A stretch of DNA of 64,000 bases from an uncultured Thermoleophilia bacterium (GCA_963827525.1 CAWHBH010000001.1:1863-65862), one strand, 5' to 3'. Positions 38,491 through 53,685 are shown, counted from the stretch's first letter. Program-made: numbers and translations. The notes: generated by a model from the letters alone, not told the origin.

Positions 38491-39260
38491 TGGCAGCTGC
38501 CGGAATTGCGATCGTCGCCGTACTAGTCGTCGTCGTGTTGATCCTCTTCGCGGCGGTCAAGATCGCACGCGAGTACGAGCGTGGAGTGATCTTCCGTCTC
38601 GGCCGGCTCCTCCCCGTGCCGAAGGGCCCGGGTCTCTTCCTGCTCATCCCGATCGTCGACCGCATGGTCAAGGTCGACCTCCGCACGGTGACTCTGAACG
38701 TCCCACCGCAAGAAGTGATCACGAAGGACAACGTCCCGGTCCGTGTGAACGCGGTCGCCTACTTCCGAATCGTGGAACCGAACAACGCGATCGTTCAGGT
38801 CGAGAATTACATGGTCGCAACCTCGCAGATCGCGCAGACGACGCTCCGGTCGGTGCTCGGCCAGCACGTCCTCGACGAGCTCCTGTCCGAACGCGACAAG
38901 ATCAACGCGATTCTGCAGGCGATCATCGACGAGGCAACATCGCCTTGGGGGATCAAGGTCTCCGTCGTCGAGGTCAAGGACGTCGAGATCCCCGCCGGCA
39001 TGCAGCGCGCGATGGCGCGCCAGGCAGAGGCCGAGCGCGAGCGCCGCGCAAAGGTCATCTCCGCCGAAGGCGAGTTCCAGGCATCGGAGCGGCTCAAGGA
39101 CGCCGCGGCAGTCATGTCCCAGGAGCCGATCACGGTGCAGCTCCGCTACCTGCAGACGCTGCTCGAGATCGGGGCGTCGAACAACTCGACGATCGTCTTC
39201 CCGATCCCGATCGACCTGCTCACCGCGCTCAAGAACACCGCGGAAGCCGGCGGGACGTAG
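38490..39260 (+). CDS. SPFH/band-7 (stomatin/slipin-like) protein
   Basis: TAATG overlap with nfeD. N-terminal TM, then [36 protein letters not shown]. Confidence 0.85.
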   Translation: MAAAGIAIVAVLVVVVLILFAAVKIAREYERGVIFRLGRLLPVPKGPGLFLLIPIVDRMVKVDLRTVTLNVPPQEVITKDNVPVRVNAVAYFRIVEPNNAIVQVENYMVATSQIAQTTLRSVLGQHVLDELLSERDKINAILQAIIDEATSPWGIKVSVVEVKDVEIPAGMQRAMARQAEAERERRAKVISAEGEFQASERLKDAAAVMSQEPITVQLRYLQTLLEIGASNNSTIVFPIPIDLLTALKNTAEAGGT

Positions 39261-39261
39261 C

Positions 39262-44708
<5,447 letters not shown>

Positions 44709-44709
<1 letters not shown>

Positions 44710-45764
44710 CAGCGAACCATGCCGGGCGTCACGGCGAGGACCTGGGCCGGCTCGGCAGGAAGTGCCGCGGCGGCCGTTGCCGTAATGATCGTCTGACCGC
44801 CCCCGGCCACGATCTCCGCGAGTGCTCGTCGCCGGTCTTCGTCCAGCTCCGAGAGAACATCGTCGAGGAGGACGAGGGGCGACGAACCGTGCCGCTCGCG
44901 CAGAACTTCGGCTTCGGCGAGGACGAGAGCAAGAACAGCCATCCGCTGCTCCCCTTGCGATCCGAACGAGCGAAGCTCTCGACCGCGGGCTTCGAGCTTG
45001 ACGTCGTGCAGATGCGGGCCGGCACCGGTGAGACCGCGCTCGAGGTCGCGCTCCAGTCGTGCGTTGAGCTCGTCGACGGTGGCCGGCTCCCCGTCGTACC
45101 CGAGAGTCGCCGAGGCAAGGCCGAGGAGACCGGCAAGCTCGGCGAATGGGCCGGCGAGGGTCTTCGCAGCCTCCGAGCGCGCGACGACGAGCTCGGCGCC
45201 GAGTGAAGCGACTCTCTCGGTCCAGGGCTGCAGTGCCTGGAGCGAGGAGCTCCCAGCCCGAAGACGACGGAGACCTGCGTTGCGCTGCCCGACGGCCGCG
45301 GCGTACTCCACGGGCAGCATGGCCTTGGAGGGCGACAGTCGGCCGAGGCTTCGGTCGAGATACGCCCGCCGCGTTGCGGGGGCACCTTTGACGACCGCCA
45401 GACGGTCCGGTGTGAAGACGAGCGTGCGCAGCTCGTGCCGCAGCCGCTCGGCCGAGGCAAGGCGGTCGCCGTTGAGGTGGGCTCGACGCGCATCGCGCCC
45501 GGCGAGGACGACGTCCGTCTCGAATGCGGTATGCGCGTTCGTCCCGTGAAGGACGATACGACCTGCGTCGGCGCCGAAGCGCACCATCTGCGCGTCGTTC
45601 CGCGCGCGAGGCGAGAAGCCCTGCGTGCCGACGTGAAGCGCCTCGAGGAGGTTCGTCTTCCCGGCTCCGTTGGGGCCGTGCAGAAGCACGACTCCGGGCT
45701 CGAGGTGGAGCTCCAGGCCTGCGTACGAACGGAAGTCCCGGAGCGTGACCTCGCGGACGATCAG
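44709..45764 (-). CDS. recF: DNA replication/repair protein RecF; apparent CTG start overlapping the dnaN stop
   Basis: Walker A GPNGAGKTNLLEA, signature FGSQGEQR, Walker B LVLLDDV. The conserved N-terminus IVREVTLRDFRSY lies upstream of the first canonical start (GTG 45689). The only in-frame candidate there is CTG 45764. Confidence 0.8.
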
Positions 45765-46885
45765 CCCGCGAGCCGGATCGGCATGATCAGATACCAGAAG
45801 CTTTCGTCCGGTGACTCGATGAGTCCGGGACGCAACCGGTTGATGAGCTTGAGCTGGATCGTGTCGGCCGCCACTGCTTCGAGACCGTCTCGCAGGAAGT
45901 CAGGGTTGAAGCCGATCTCGATCTCTTCTCCGCTGTAGTCGATCGGGAGCGACTCCGTCGCCTCGCCGATGTCCTGGGTCTGGGCGGAGATGGTCAGCTC
46001 GCCCTCTGCAAACCGCAGACGCAGCGGCGCATTGCGCTGCGCCATCACGCCTGCACGGCGTACGACTTCGAGCAAGGGCTCGCGCTGAATCGCGATCTCA
46101 GCCTCGAATGTCTCGGGAAGGAGCTGCTTGTAGTTCGGGAACTGGCCGTCAATGCGGCGGCTGGTGAGCCACGCGTCTCCGGCGGAGAAGATGACGTAGT
46201 TGTCGTGCACGCCGAGCTCCACGTCCTCCGCTCCCGCCGCAAGCCGGACAAGCTCCTGCAGCGCACGCGCGGGGATGATCGCATCGAGCTCCGGCGCGGC
46301 AGTGGTCAGCTCCGTCTCCTTTACGGCGAGCCGATACGAATCGGTCGCGGCCATGATCAGACGGTCACCTTCGAAGCGAACGAGGACGCCGGTGAGAACG
46401 GGCCTCGACTCGTCCCGCGATGCCGCGCGGCCAACCTTGTCGATCGTTCGCAGAAGTGCCGTCGCGTCGATCCGCTGAAGCGGAATGTCGAGAGGAGGAA
46501 GCCGTGGGAAGTCCTCGGCGCTGTACACGTTCAGCCTCGACGAGTGACTGCCCGAGACGACTGCAAGTACCCCATCGCCTTCCTCGTGCGTGAGCGTCAC
46601 CGATTCGTCTGGAAGTAGCCGGACAAGATCGGTGAGGAGCCGACCCGGGACGACGACTGCGGCGTCTCCGGAGATCTCGCCGGTGATCGACGCGCGCAGC
46701 GAGATCTCCATGTCGGTCGCCGCTAGCGTGAGGCGTCCCTCTTCGGCCTGAAGCAGGATGCCGCTCAGCACCTGCACGGCCCCACGGCTGGATACGGCTC
46801 GCGCGACCACACCGAGAGCCGACGCGAGGTCGTCCCGCGAGCAGGTGACGCGAAGAGAAGTTCCGGAGGCTATGTCTGTGTTCAT
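45761..46885 (-). CDS. dnaN: DNA polymerase III beta sliding clamp
   Basis: ATG 46885 gives MNTDIASGTSLRVTCSRDDL. Also LTLAATDMEI, MAATDSYRLA, IDGQFPNYKQ, YLIMPIRLAG C-terminus. Confidence 0.9.
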   Translation of the reverse strand: MNTDIASGTSLRVTCSRDDLASALGVVARAVSSRGAVQVLSGILLQAEEGRLTLAATDMEISLRASITGEISGDAAVVVPGRLLTDLVRLLPDESVTLTHEEGDGVLAVVSGSHSSRLNVYSAEDFPRLPPLDIPLQRIDATALLRTIDKVGRAASRDESRPVLTGVLVRFEGDRLIMAATDSYRLAVKETELTTAAPELDAIIPARALQELVRLAAGAEDVELGVHDNYVIFSAGDAWLTSRRIDGQFPNYKQLLPETFEAEIAIQREPLLEVVRRAGVMAQRNAPLRLRFAEGELTISAQTQDIGEATESLPIDYSGEEIEIGFNPDFLRDGLEAVAADTIQLKLINRLRPGLIESPDESFWYLIMPIRLAG

Positions 46886-47044
46886 TACTGAAGAAAAGAA
46901 CTCGTAGAAGTAGTAGGAGTGTGCAGCACGTGGAAGACAGGACGATTGTGCCGCAGAAGCGGGGAAAACAACTGTGCGAGCACCTGGGGATGGAAGCACA
47001 CTGTTTCCACAGCCCGCCCGCGTTGAGTGCGCTGGACCCCCACT

Positions 47045-48499
47045 TCAGCGTGCCTGCTTGATACGCGCGGTGAGCTCTTGCACAAGGTTGTACACAGAAC
47101 GGTCTTCGCGAATGAGGCGTGTGATCTTGTCCTTCGCATGGATCACAGTGGTGTGATCGCGGCCGCCGAACTCCTTCCCGATCTTGGGAAGTGACGAGTC
47201 GGTCAATTCGCGAGAGAGGTACATCGCGACCTGTCTGGGGTACGCGACCGCCTGAGACCGACGCGGGCTCACGAGCTCGTCCAGGGTGACGCCAAAGCGT
47301 TTCGAGACGGCCTCCTGGATCCGCGAGATCGTGACCTCGGGCGCGGCCTCACCCTGCGGGTAGACGTCTTTGAGGACATGCTCCGCAAGCTCGACGGTCA
47401 TCGGGCGATCCGTGAGAGACGAGAACGCGACGACCCGGGTGAGCGCGCCCTCGAGCTCGCGGATGTTGGACGACACGCGGGCGGCGATGAATGTCAGCAC
47501 CTCAGGGTCGGTGACAGCGATCCGCTCCGTGTTGACCTTCTTGCGAAGGATCGCGATTCGCGTCTCCAGATCCGGCGCCTGGATGTCTGTGAGCAGGCCC
47601 CACTCGAATCGCGACCGCAGCCTCTCCTCGAGCGTCGCGATCTCGCGCGGAGGGCGGTCGGACGAGATGATGATCTGCGCGCCACCCTCGTAGAGCGAGT
47701 TGAAGGTGTGGAAGAACTCCTCCTGGATCCGCTCCTTCCCTTCGAAGAACTGGATGTCGTCGATCAGCAGGACGTCGTAGTTGCGATAGCGCCGCTTGAA
47801 CCCCTCGATGCGCTTGTCTCGGAGCGAGTCGATGAAGTCGTTCATGAACGTTTCACTCGTTACGTAGCGCAGGGTCAGGCGCCGGGAGTGCTGCCGGACG
47901 TAATGGCCGATCGCCTGGAGCAGATGGGTCTTGCCGAGACCGGTGCCGCCGTAGATGAAGAGCGGGTTATAGGCCTGAGCCGGGGCTTCGGCGACCGCGA
48001 GGGCGGCGGCATGTGCGAAGCGGTTCGAGGAGCCGATGACGAAGAGATCGAACGTGTACTTCGAGTTGAGCTCGACCTCGGGCGTATCCCGATACGGAAG
48101 CTCCGCATCGCGGCCGCGAAAGTCGCTTTCGGCGGGCGCCTGTGTGGGCGGCGGAGTCGTTGTCCGCCCCTCGGCGACGGCGAACGTCACCACGACTTCG
48201 CTGCCCAGAGCCTCGCGAGCTGCACCGGAGACGAAATCGAGGAAATGGCCTTCGATCCACTCCCGCGTGAAGTCGTTGGGGACCTCGATCACGAGCGCGC
48301 CGTCCTTCAACGAGTGTGACCCCGCCTGGCCGAACCAGGTCTCATAGGTCGTCTCGGTGAGCGCCTCTCTCAGTCGCCCTGCAATCGACTCCCAGAGGTT
48401 CTCGGCTGTCGGCTCGGTGGTGTGCTCCACCCGTCCTCGCGCTGGTTCGGGTCGTAGGGAAGGGGCGAGCATAGCACCACTCGGAGCGCCACTCAACAC
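47045..48499 (-). CDS. dnaA: chromosomal replication initiator DnaA
   Basis: AAA+ Walker [14 protein letters not shown], box VII, C-terminal DnaA-box-binding helix ..[12 protein letters not shown]. Start uncertain (GTG 48499, ATG 48472 or GTG 48430). Confidence 0.9.
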   Translation of the reverse strand: MLSGAPSGAMLAPSLRPEPARGRVEHTTEPTAENLWESIAGRLREALTETTYETWFGQAGSHSLKDGALVIEVPNDFTREWIEGHFLDFVSGAAREALGSEVVVTFAVAEGRTTTPPPTQAPAESDFRGRDAELPYRDTPEVELNSKYTFDLFVIGSSNRFAHAAALAVAEAPAQAYNPLFIYGGTGLGKTHLLQAIGHYVRQHSRRLTLRYVTSETFMNDFIDSLRDKRIEGFKRRYRNYDVLLIDDIQFFEGKERIQEEFFHTFNSLYEGGAQIIISSDRPPREIATLEERLRSRFEWGLLTDIQAPDLETRIAILRKKVNTERIAVTDPEVLTFIAARVSSNIRELEGALTRVVAFSSLTDRPMTVELAEHVLKDVYPQGEAAPEVTISRIQEAVSKRFGVTLDELVSPRRSQAVAYPRQVAMYLSRELTDSSLPKIGKEFGGRDHTTVIHAKDKITRLIREDRSVYNLVQELTARIKQAR

Positions 48500-48513
48500 G
48501 GCCGATCATGTCT

Positions 48514-48672
48514 CCTGTGGATGAAAAACCGGCATATTTGCAGGGTTTTTATGTCATCCACACACCTTTCCACAGGTGTGGACGATCACCGCACCGTTAG
48601 CGGGTGAGACAACGAAGCGACGCGCGGAGCAGCGATTTCGAGATTCACCTGCTTCTCCACGACTGTGGAAAA
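48514..48672. promoter_or_regulatory. DnaA-box cluster with AT-rich stretch; candidate oriC / dnaA autoregulatory region
   Basis: Five TGTGGA/TCCACA cores in 156 bp: CCTGTGGAT 48514-48522, TCATCCACA 48554-48562, TTTCCACAGG 48567-48576, TGTGGACGA 48577-48585, TGTGGAAAA 48664-48672. AT-rich stretch at 48521-48556. Confidence 0.55.
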
Positions 48673-48743
48673 CTTCGGCTCGAGCACGTCGTCTATACTG
48701 CCCGCTCCCCCGGCTCCAACACCCTCTCGAGAGCGAAGACGAC

Positions 48744-48878
48744 GTGAAACGAACCTACCAACCGAACGTCCGTCGCCGAAAGCGGCGACACGGGTTTCGA
48801 GCGCGAATGGCCTCGCGCGGAGGCCGCGCGATCCTCAAGCGGCGTCGCGCGAGAGGGCGCAAGCGCCTCTCGGCCTGA
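48744..48878 (+). CDS. rpmH: 50S ribosomal protein L34
   Basis: GTG 48744 gives [44 protein letters not shown] (44 aa). Confidence 0.9.
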   Translation: MKRTYQPNVRRRKRRHGFRARMASRGGRAILKRRRARGRKRLSA

Positions 48879-48889
48879 GGCGCCCGCCC

Positions 48890-49240
48890 GTGCAGCGCCG
48901 CAACCGGCTCTCCCGTTCACGGGATTTCGACACCGTCTACAGACGCGGTCAGTCCGTTTCGACGCGGTATCTCGTTCTCCATTGGTTCCCGCGCGACGAG
49001 GACTTGGATGGCGTGCCGCGGGTCGGTCTCGCAGTGCCACGGTCCGTCGGCTCTGCGGTGGTCCGCAACCGTGTGAAGCGGCTTCTGAGGGAGGCCTGGC
49101 GTGAACTGCTTCCCACTGTGCCCAGTGGGCACGACTACGTACTTGCCGCACGCGCGGGTATCGCCGAGCCCGCAGAGGCGCGCGGGCTCGAATGGCTTGC
49201 CGCTGAGATAGACGACGTTCTCGGGAAGGTCCGGACGTGA
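48890..49240 (+). CDS. rnpA: ribonuclease P protein component
   Basis: GTG 48890. RLSRSRDFDTVYRRG..VGLAVPRSVGSAVVRNRVKRLLREA (RNR motif). Follows rpmH. Confidence 0.85.
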   Translation: MQRRNRLSRSRDFDTVYRRGQSVSTRYLVLHWFPRDEDLDGVPRVGLAVPRSVGSAVVRNRVKRLLREAWRELLPTVPSGHDYVLAARAGIAEPAEARGLEWLAAEIDDVLGKVRT

Positions 49241-49494
49241 GATACGTGGGGATCTGGGCCGTGCAAGCTTGGCGCTGGACCTTCGGGCTCCTCACACCGC
49301 CCGGGACGTGCAAGTACCACCCGAGCTGCTCGCAGTACGCCATCGACGCGCTTCGTGAGCTCGGCCTCGTCCGCGGCAGCGTTCTCGCCACCTGGCGCTT
49401 GCTTCGCTGCAATCCCTGGAGCCATGGCGGGGTCGACTACGCCAGAGATCAGTCGGTGTTCCCGCTGTTTCGCTCCGGAAAGGCGCGGACGTGA
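49237..49494 (+). CDS. yidD: membrane protein insertion efficiency factor YidD
   Basis: CKYHPSCSQYA..RLLRCNPWSHGGVDY. GTGA overlap with rnpA. Confidence 0.85.
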   Translation: MRYVGIWAVQAWRWTFGLLTPPGTCKYHPSCSQYAIDALRELGLVRGSVLATWRLLRCNPWSHGGVDYARDQSVFPLFRSGKART

Positions 49495-50315
49495 TCGTCG
49501 GTGGAGTTCTCTCCCCGCTCGAGAACGTCCTCACCGAGGTCCTCATCTGGCTTCACGAAACGGGCGGACTGACCTGGGCCTGGTCGATCGTCGCGCTCAC
49601 CGTGATCGTGCGCATGCTTCTCGTTCCGGTCGCGATTCGCCAGATCCACTCGATGCAGAGCCTGCAGATCCACGCGCCCGAGATGAAGGCGATCCAGCAG
49701 CGCTACAAGGCGGACCGGCAGAAGCAGTCGGAAGAGCTGATGAAGTTCTACAAGGAGAACAAGATCAACCCGTACGCCTCCTGCCTGCCGATCGTCTTCC
49801 AGATCCCGATCTTCATCGCGCTCTTCTTCGTTCTTCGCGACTTCGAGGACGAGATCTTCCCGAACTTCCCGGCCTCAACGCTCGAATGGATCAGCCTCGT
49901 CGACATCACCCAACCGACCAAGGACGGCTGGGGGCCCGTGCTGATCGCGGTTTACGTCGTGAGCCAGCTCACCTCGACGTGGCTGATGTCTACGTCAATG
50001 CAGAGCAAGGCTCAGCGCTACATGATCATGTTTCTCCCCATCGTCTTTCTCCCGTTCATCCTCGGCTTCCCCTCGGGGCTCATGATCTACTGGCTGACGA
50101 CGAACCTCTGGACGACAGGCCAGGGCCTCGTCACGCGGCGCCTGATGCCGAAGCCGACCCCGCCGCCCAAACGCTCGAGTCGAACACCACCCAAGGACGC
50201 GGGAGAGTCTCCAGCGACGACGGCCTCGGTCGAGCCACAAGGTGACGGAGGACCGCAACGCACCGGGCCGCCGCGCCGCGTGAAGCGCAAGCGTGGTGGG
50301 AGAGCACGGAGATGA
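49491..50315 (+). CDS. yidC: membrane protein insertase YidC (short form)
   Basis: ..VIVRMLLVPVAIRQ..MKAIQQRYK..MKFYKENKINPYASCLP.., basic C-terminal tail. GTGA overlap with yidD. Confidence 0.85.
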   Translation: MIVGGVLSPLENVLTEVLIWLHETGGLTWAWSIVALTVIVRMLLVPVAIRQIHSMQSLQIHAPEMKAIQQRYKADRQKQSEELMKFYKENKINPYASCLPIVFQIPIFIALFFVLRDFEDEIFPNFPASTLEWISLVDITQPTKDGWGPVLIAVYVVSQLTSTWLMSTSMQSKAQRYMIMFLPIVFLPFILGFPSGLMIYWLTTNLWTTGQGLVTRRLMPKPTPPPKRSSRTPPKDAGESPATTASVEPQGDGGPQRTGPPRRVKRKRGGRARR

Positions 50316-50996
50316 GCGGTGCGGACGCAATCACGGTCGAGGCGACCGGCGAGACGGTCGGCGAAGCAAAATGGGCGGCACTCCGCGAGCTCGAGCAGCT
50401 CGTGCCAGGCCTCGACCGCGAGAGCGTGGAGTTCCAGGTGGTCTCGGAGGGAGAGCGTGGCCTTCTGGGCGTGGGATTCACGCCCGCGCAGGTGATCGCA
50501 AGCGCTTCCGCGCAGGAACAGGCGGCAACTGGCCGAATCCAGCGAAGAGGCCGAGACCGCACGCGAGTTCGTTCAGCGCGTCGCCGCCGCTATCGGAGCG
50601 AGCGTCAAGGCGTCCGTCTCCGAGCGCGACGACTCGGTGACGGTCACGGTAACCGGCACCGATCTGGGCCTCTTCATCGGCAAGCACGGCCAGACGATCG
50701 ATGCAATCCAGTATCTGGCGAACGCGATCGCGAGAACCGAGGGCGGCGGCCACGCGGTCGTCGTCGACGCGGCGGGCTATCGCGCGCGTCGAACCGCGAC
50801 GCTCGAGACGGTTGCGCGGCGCACCGCGCAGCGTGCATCAGCCACGGGCCGACGAGTCGAGCTCGACCCCATGACACCCGTCGAACGAAAGATCGTCCAC
50901 GAGGCTCTGAAGGACGATCCGGAGGTCGAGACCATGAGCGAGGGCTCGGAGCCGAACCGGTACGTCGTCGTCCTTCCGCGGCACGCCGCGGACTGA
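50312..50996 (+). CDS. jag: Jag/R3H-KH RNA-binding protein; +1 frame disruption near 50528
   Basis: N-domain ITVEATGETVGEAKWAALRELE (frame of 50312). KH/R3H part GTDLGLFIGKHGQTIDAIQYL..MTPVERKIVHEAL..SEGSEPNRYVVV is in the frame of ORF 50637..50996. Confidence 0.75.
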
Positions 50997-50997
50997 C

Positions 50998-51588
50998 ATG
51001 GCGAACGCGTTCCTCGAGCGCTGGCTCGGGGAGGTCCTCACTGCTCCCGGCGCGACCGGGATCGACGGTCTCGGCGACGCACGCCGCATGCTTCTCGACG
51101 ACGCGCTGCGCGCAGCCCCGATCGTCGAGAGCTCGCCCGGGCCGGTGATCGACGTGGGGTCGGGAGGCGGCACACCAGGTATCCCCCTCGCGGTAGCGCT
51201 CCCCGGGCGGAGCTTCACGCTGCTCGAGGCGGAGCGCCGGAAGTGCGACTTCCTGAGCAGGATCTCCGCCGAGCTTCCGAACGTCGAAGTCGTCTGGGGC
51301 CGCGCCGAAGAGCAGCAGACCGACGTTTTCGGCGTCGCCCTTGCGAAGGCCCTCGCGAAGCCTCCGGTCGCGGCAGAGCTCTGCCTGCCGCTCGTGAAGC
51401 CGGGAGGGATCGCAATCCTCTGGGTCGGCGAGAACCCAGAGCTGGATCGGGTCGGGCAAGTGGCCGAGAAGCTCGGCTCGCGCCTCGAGGACGAGGCCGA
51501 CGGATTGCTCGTGCTGAGGAAGACGGAATCCACGCCAGCCGGCTTTCCCCGCCGGCCGGGTATGGCGAAGAAGCGGCCGCTCGCCTAG
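50998..51588 (+). CDS. rsmG: 16S rRNA (guanine527-N7)-methyltransferase
   Basis: VIDVGSGGGTPGIPLA SAM motif, LLEAERRKCDFL, position between jag and parA. Confidence 0.85.
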   Translation: MANAFLERWLGEVLTAPGATGIDGLGDARRMLLDDALRAAPIVESSPGPVIDVGSGGGTPGIPLAVALPGRSFTLLEAERRKCDFLSRISAELPNVEVVWGRAEEQQTDVFGVALAKALAKPPVAAELCLPLVKPGGIAILWVGENPELDRVGQVAEKLGSRLEDEADGLLVLRKTESTPAGFPRRPGMAKKRPLA

Positions 51589-51864
51589 CGATCCGGTCGT
51601 GGCTGCGCGTTGTGCAGCCGGATGCCGCTGAACTCGAGCGTTGACCCGACGAGCGATCCCAGTGCGGCCAGAGATCGCGAGGGAACCGTAACTCGATTCC
51701 GGCAGGTGACGGAGTCGTCGAGCCGCCTCACGCCGAGGCGAGCTCGCGTTGCTCGAGGCCGTGGCACTGACGTGCGGGTCGAACCGTTCGACCGCCGCGT
51801 CGTCGCTGACATGCCAGAGCGCATACGGGCCTTCGCCGACGTAGGGTGGCGCCGGATCGCGCAC
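51585..51864 (-). pseudogene. remnant of a conserved-hypothetical gene (N-terminal LWHVSDDAAVERFDP and C-terminal STLEFSGIRLHNA pieces only)
   Basis: The two short family-like pieces lie in different frames (+1 apart) only ~90 codons apart. I recall the family as ~170-200 aa (possibly DUF6886; from memory, unverified). Confidence 0.3.
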
Positions 51865-51903
51865 ACGGCCGACTCTAGCCGCACCCCTCACTAGTCTTGT
51901 CGC

Positions 51904-52659
51904 GTGCCCGCCCGGGTCTACGCAGTGGCGAACCAGAAGGGCGGCGTCGGGAAGACGACGACCGCCGTCAACGTCAGCGCCTGCCTCGCCGAGGCTGGAG
52001 AGCGGGTGCTCCTCATCGATCTCGACCCACAGGCGAACGCGACGTCCGGGCTCGGCATGCGGGCGAACGGAGCTTCGACGCACGACCTCCTCGACGGCGT
52101 GCCGCTGCCTTCGCTTGCGAAGCCGTCGGGAGTTCCGAACCTCGATGTCGTCATGGCCAAGAGCGACCTCGCCGCGGCCGCGGTAGAGCTCTCGACACGC
52201 GCGGGGGGAGAGCGGTACCTCGCCGAGGCACTCGCCGACACCCTCGAGCCGTACTCCTACGTTCTTCTCGACTGCCCGCCTTCGTTCGGACCACTGACTG
52301 TGAACGCCTTGGCGGCGGCCAGTCGCGCCCTCGTCCCGGTTCAGGCCGAGTACTACGCCCTCGAAGGGCTGTCCCAGCTGCTGGGGACGATCAACCTCGT
52401 GAAGGCTCGCCTGAACCCTGAGCTCGCTGTGGCCGGGATCCTGCTCACGATGGCCGATGGCCGAACCCGCCTGACCGCCGAGGTCGAGTCCGAGCTTCGC
52501 ACTCACTTCGGCTCGCTCGTCTTCACGACGACGATTCCTCGCTCGATCCGGCTCGCCGAGGCTCCGAGCCATGGTGTTCCCGCAATCGCCTACGACCGGC
52601 GGTCCGCCGGAGCCGAGGCCTACTGGAAGGTGGCGATGGAGCTTGTCGAGCGTTCCTAA
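51904..52659 (+). CDS. parA: chromosome partitioning ATPase ParA/Soj
   Basis: Deviant Walker A ANQKGGVGKTTT, LIDLDPQANAT, DCPPS. Confidence 0.9.
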   Translation: MPARVYAVANQKGGVGKTTTAVNVSACLAEAGERVLLIDLDPQANATSGLGMRANGASTHDLLDGVPLPSLAKPSGVPNLDVVMAKSDLAAAAVELSTRAGGERYLAEALADTLEPYSYVLLDCPPSFGPLTVNALAAASRALVPVQAEYYALEGLSQLLGTINLVKARLNPELAVAGILLTMADGRTRLTAEVESELRTHFGSLVFTTTIPRSIRLAEAPSHGVPAIAYDRRSAGAEAYWKVAMELVERS

Positions 52660-53500
52660 GGAGAGACGTGGTCTCGGGCGCGGCCTCGAGGTGCTGCTGG
52701 GCGAGGCGGGACAACCCGAGTTGCTCCATATCCCCGTTGAGACGATCCACCCGAACCCACGCCAGCCCAGGCGACGCTTCGAGCCCGAGGCCGCGGCGGG
52801 GCTCGCGAGCTCGATCAGGCTGCAAGGCGTGCTTCAGCCGGTGGTCGTCCGTCGCCGCTCCGAGGGGGGCTTCGAGCTCATCGCGGGGGAGCGCCGTTGG
52901 CGCGCAGCTCGCGCGGCGGGGAGTGCAACGCTTCCCGCGGTCGTTCGCGACGTGGGTGACCGCGACTCACTTCTTCTCGGGCTCGTAGAGAACGTCGCTC
53001 GCGAACAGCTCTCCCCGGTCGAGGAAGCACGTGCGTACGCGTCGCTCGTCGACGAGTTCGAGCTCTCTCTCGGAGACGTTGCGGACCGTGTCGGCCGATC
53101 GAAGTCAGCCGTCTCGAACCGGCTGCGGCTTCTCGAGCTGCCGGAAGAGGTGCTCTGGATGCTCGCGCGCGGCGACATGAGCGAAGGGCACGCAAGGGCA
53201 GTGCTGTCGCTTCCCGACGATGACGCTCGCAAGAGGCTCGCGAGGAGGATCCTCAAGGAAGGCCTGACCGTTCGAGCTGCCGAGCGCGCGGCGCACGAGG
53301 GTGGCGCTCGCCGGCGTCCGCGGAAAGTTGCGAGCGTCGACCCGGCGCTCGTCGATCGAGCCCGATCCGTGGCAGAGCGGCTGACCGCGATGCCAGCGCG
53401 TATTTCGGGCGGCACGCTCCAGATCAGATTCGAGGACGAGAAGGGCCTCGCCGAGCTCGTCGAGGTCCTCGAGGCAATGACGGTACGGGCTGCGGCCTGA
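52643..53500 (+). CDS. parB: chromosome partitioning protein ParB/Spo0J
   Basis: TTG 52643 gives MSSVPKERRGLGRGLEVLL. Also NPRQPRRRF, IAGERRWRAA, HTH region SKSAVSNRLRLL. The upstream part of the track ORF overlaps parA out of frame. Confidence 0.85.
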   Translation: MSSVPKERRGLGRGLEVLLGEAGQPELLHIPVETIHPNPRQPRRRFEPEAAAGLASSIRLQGVLQPVVVRRRSEGGFELIAGERRWRAARAAGSATLPAVVRDVGDRDSLLLGLVENVAREQLSPVEEARAYASLVDEFELSLGDVADRVGRSKSAVSNRLRLLELPEEVLWMLARGDMSEGHARAVLSLPDDDARKRLARRILKEGLTVRAAERAAHEGGARRRPRKVASVDPALVDRARSVAERLTAMPARISGGTLQIRFEDEKGLAELVEVLEAMTVRAAA

Positions 53501-53531
53501 GAACCTCGGGCGGTTGGGCTAGAAACGCGAT

Positions 53532-53552
53532 AGCGCCCGCGAAGCGGGCGCT
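53532..53552. terminator. perfect 9-bp GC hairpin between convergent parB and tRNA-Ile (possible bidirectional terminator)
   Basis: AGCGCCCGC-GAA-GCGGGCGCT. Only a short T/U run follows on either strand. Confidence 0.4.
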
Positions 53553-53611
53553 TGTAGGGATCTTGCGAGGCGGAACTCCGCGCTGGCGGATTTCCGGTCT
53601 TCCGCACAAGG

Positions 53612-53685
53612 TGGGCGATCGTGGACTCGAACCACGGACCTCCGCCTTATCAGAGCGGCGCTCTAACCAGCTGAGCTAATCGCCC
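53612..53685 (-). tRNA. tRNA-Ile(GAU): tRNA-Ile (anticodon GAU)
   Basis: Minus strand GGGCGAUUAGCUCAGCUGGUUAGAGCGCCGCUCUGAUAAGGCGGAGGUCCGUGGUUCGAGUCCACGAUCGCCCA. Cloverleaf with anticodon loop CU-GAU-AA and T-loop GGUUCGAGUCC. CCA is not fully encoded. Confidence 0.9.

Noticed and set aside
46886-47044. The dnaA-dnaN spacer as the replication origin (the usual actinobacterial location).
   Set aside because: It has only one good DnaA box (47003-47011) and no marked AT-rich tract, whereas the dnaA/rpmH spacer has five boxes. It may still contribute, so this is not fully excluded.
50674-52572. Very long ORFs antisense to or overlapping confident genes, for example 50674..52572 (-), 377..1426 (-), 17436..18644 (-), 42201..43586 (+), 28529..29602 (+), 36985..38106 (-), 55609..56418 (-).
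   Set aside because: Their translations are Arg/Pro/Gly/Ser-rich with no motifs, and they lie opposite genes with clear family signatures. Stop-codon-poor shadow frames are expected at this GC content.
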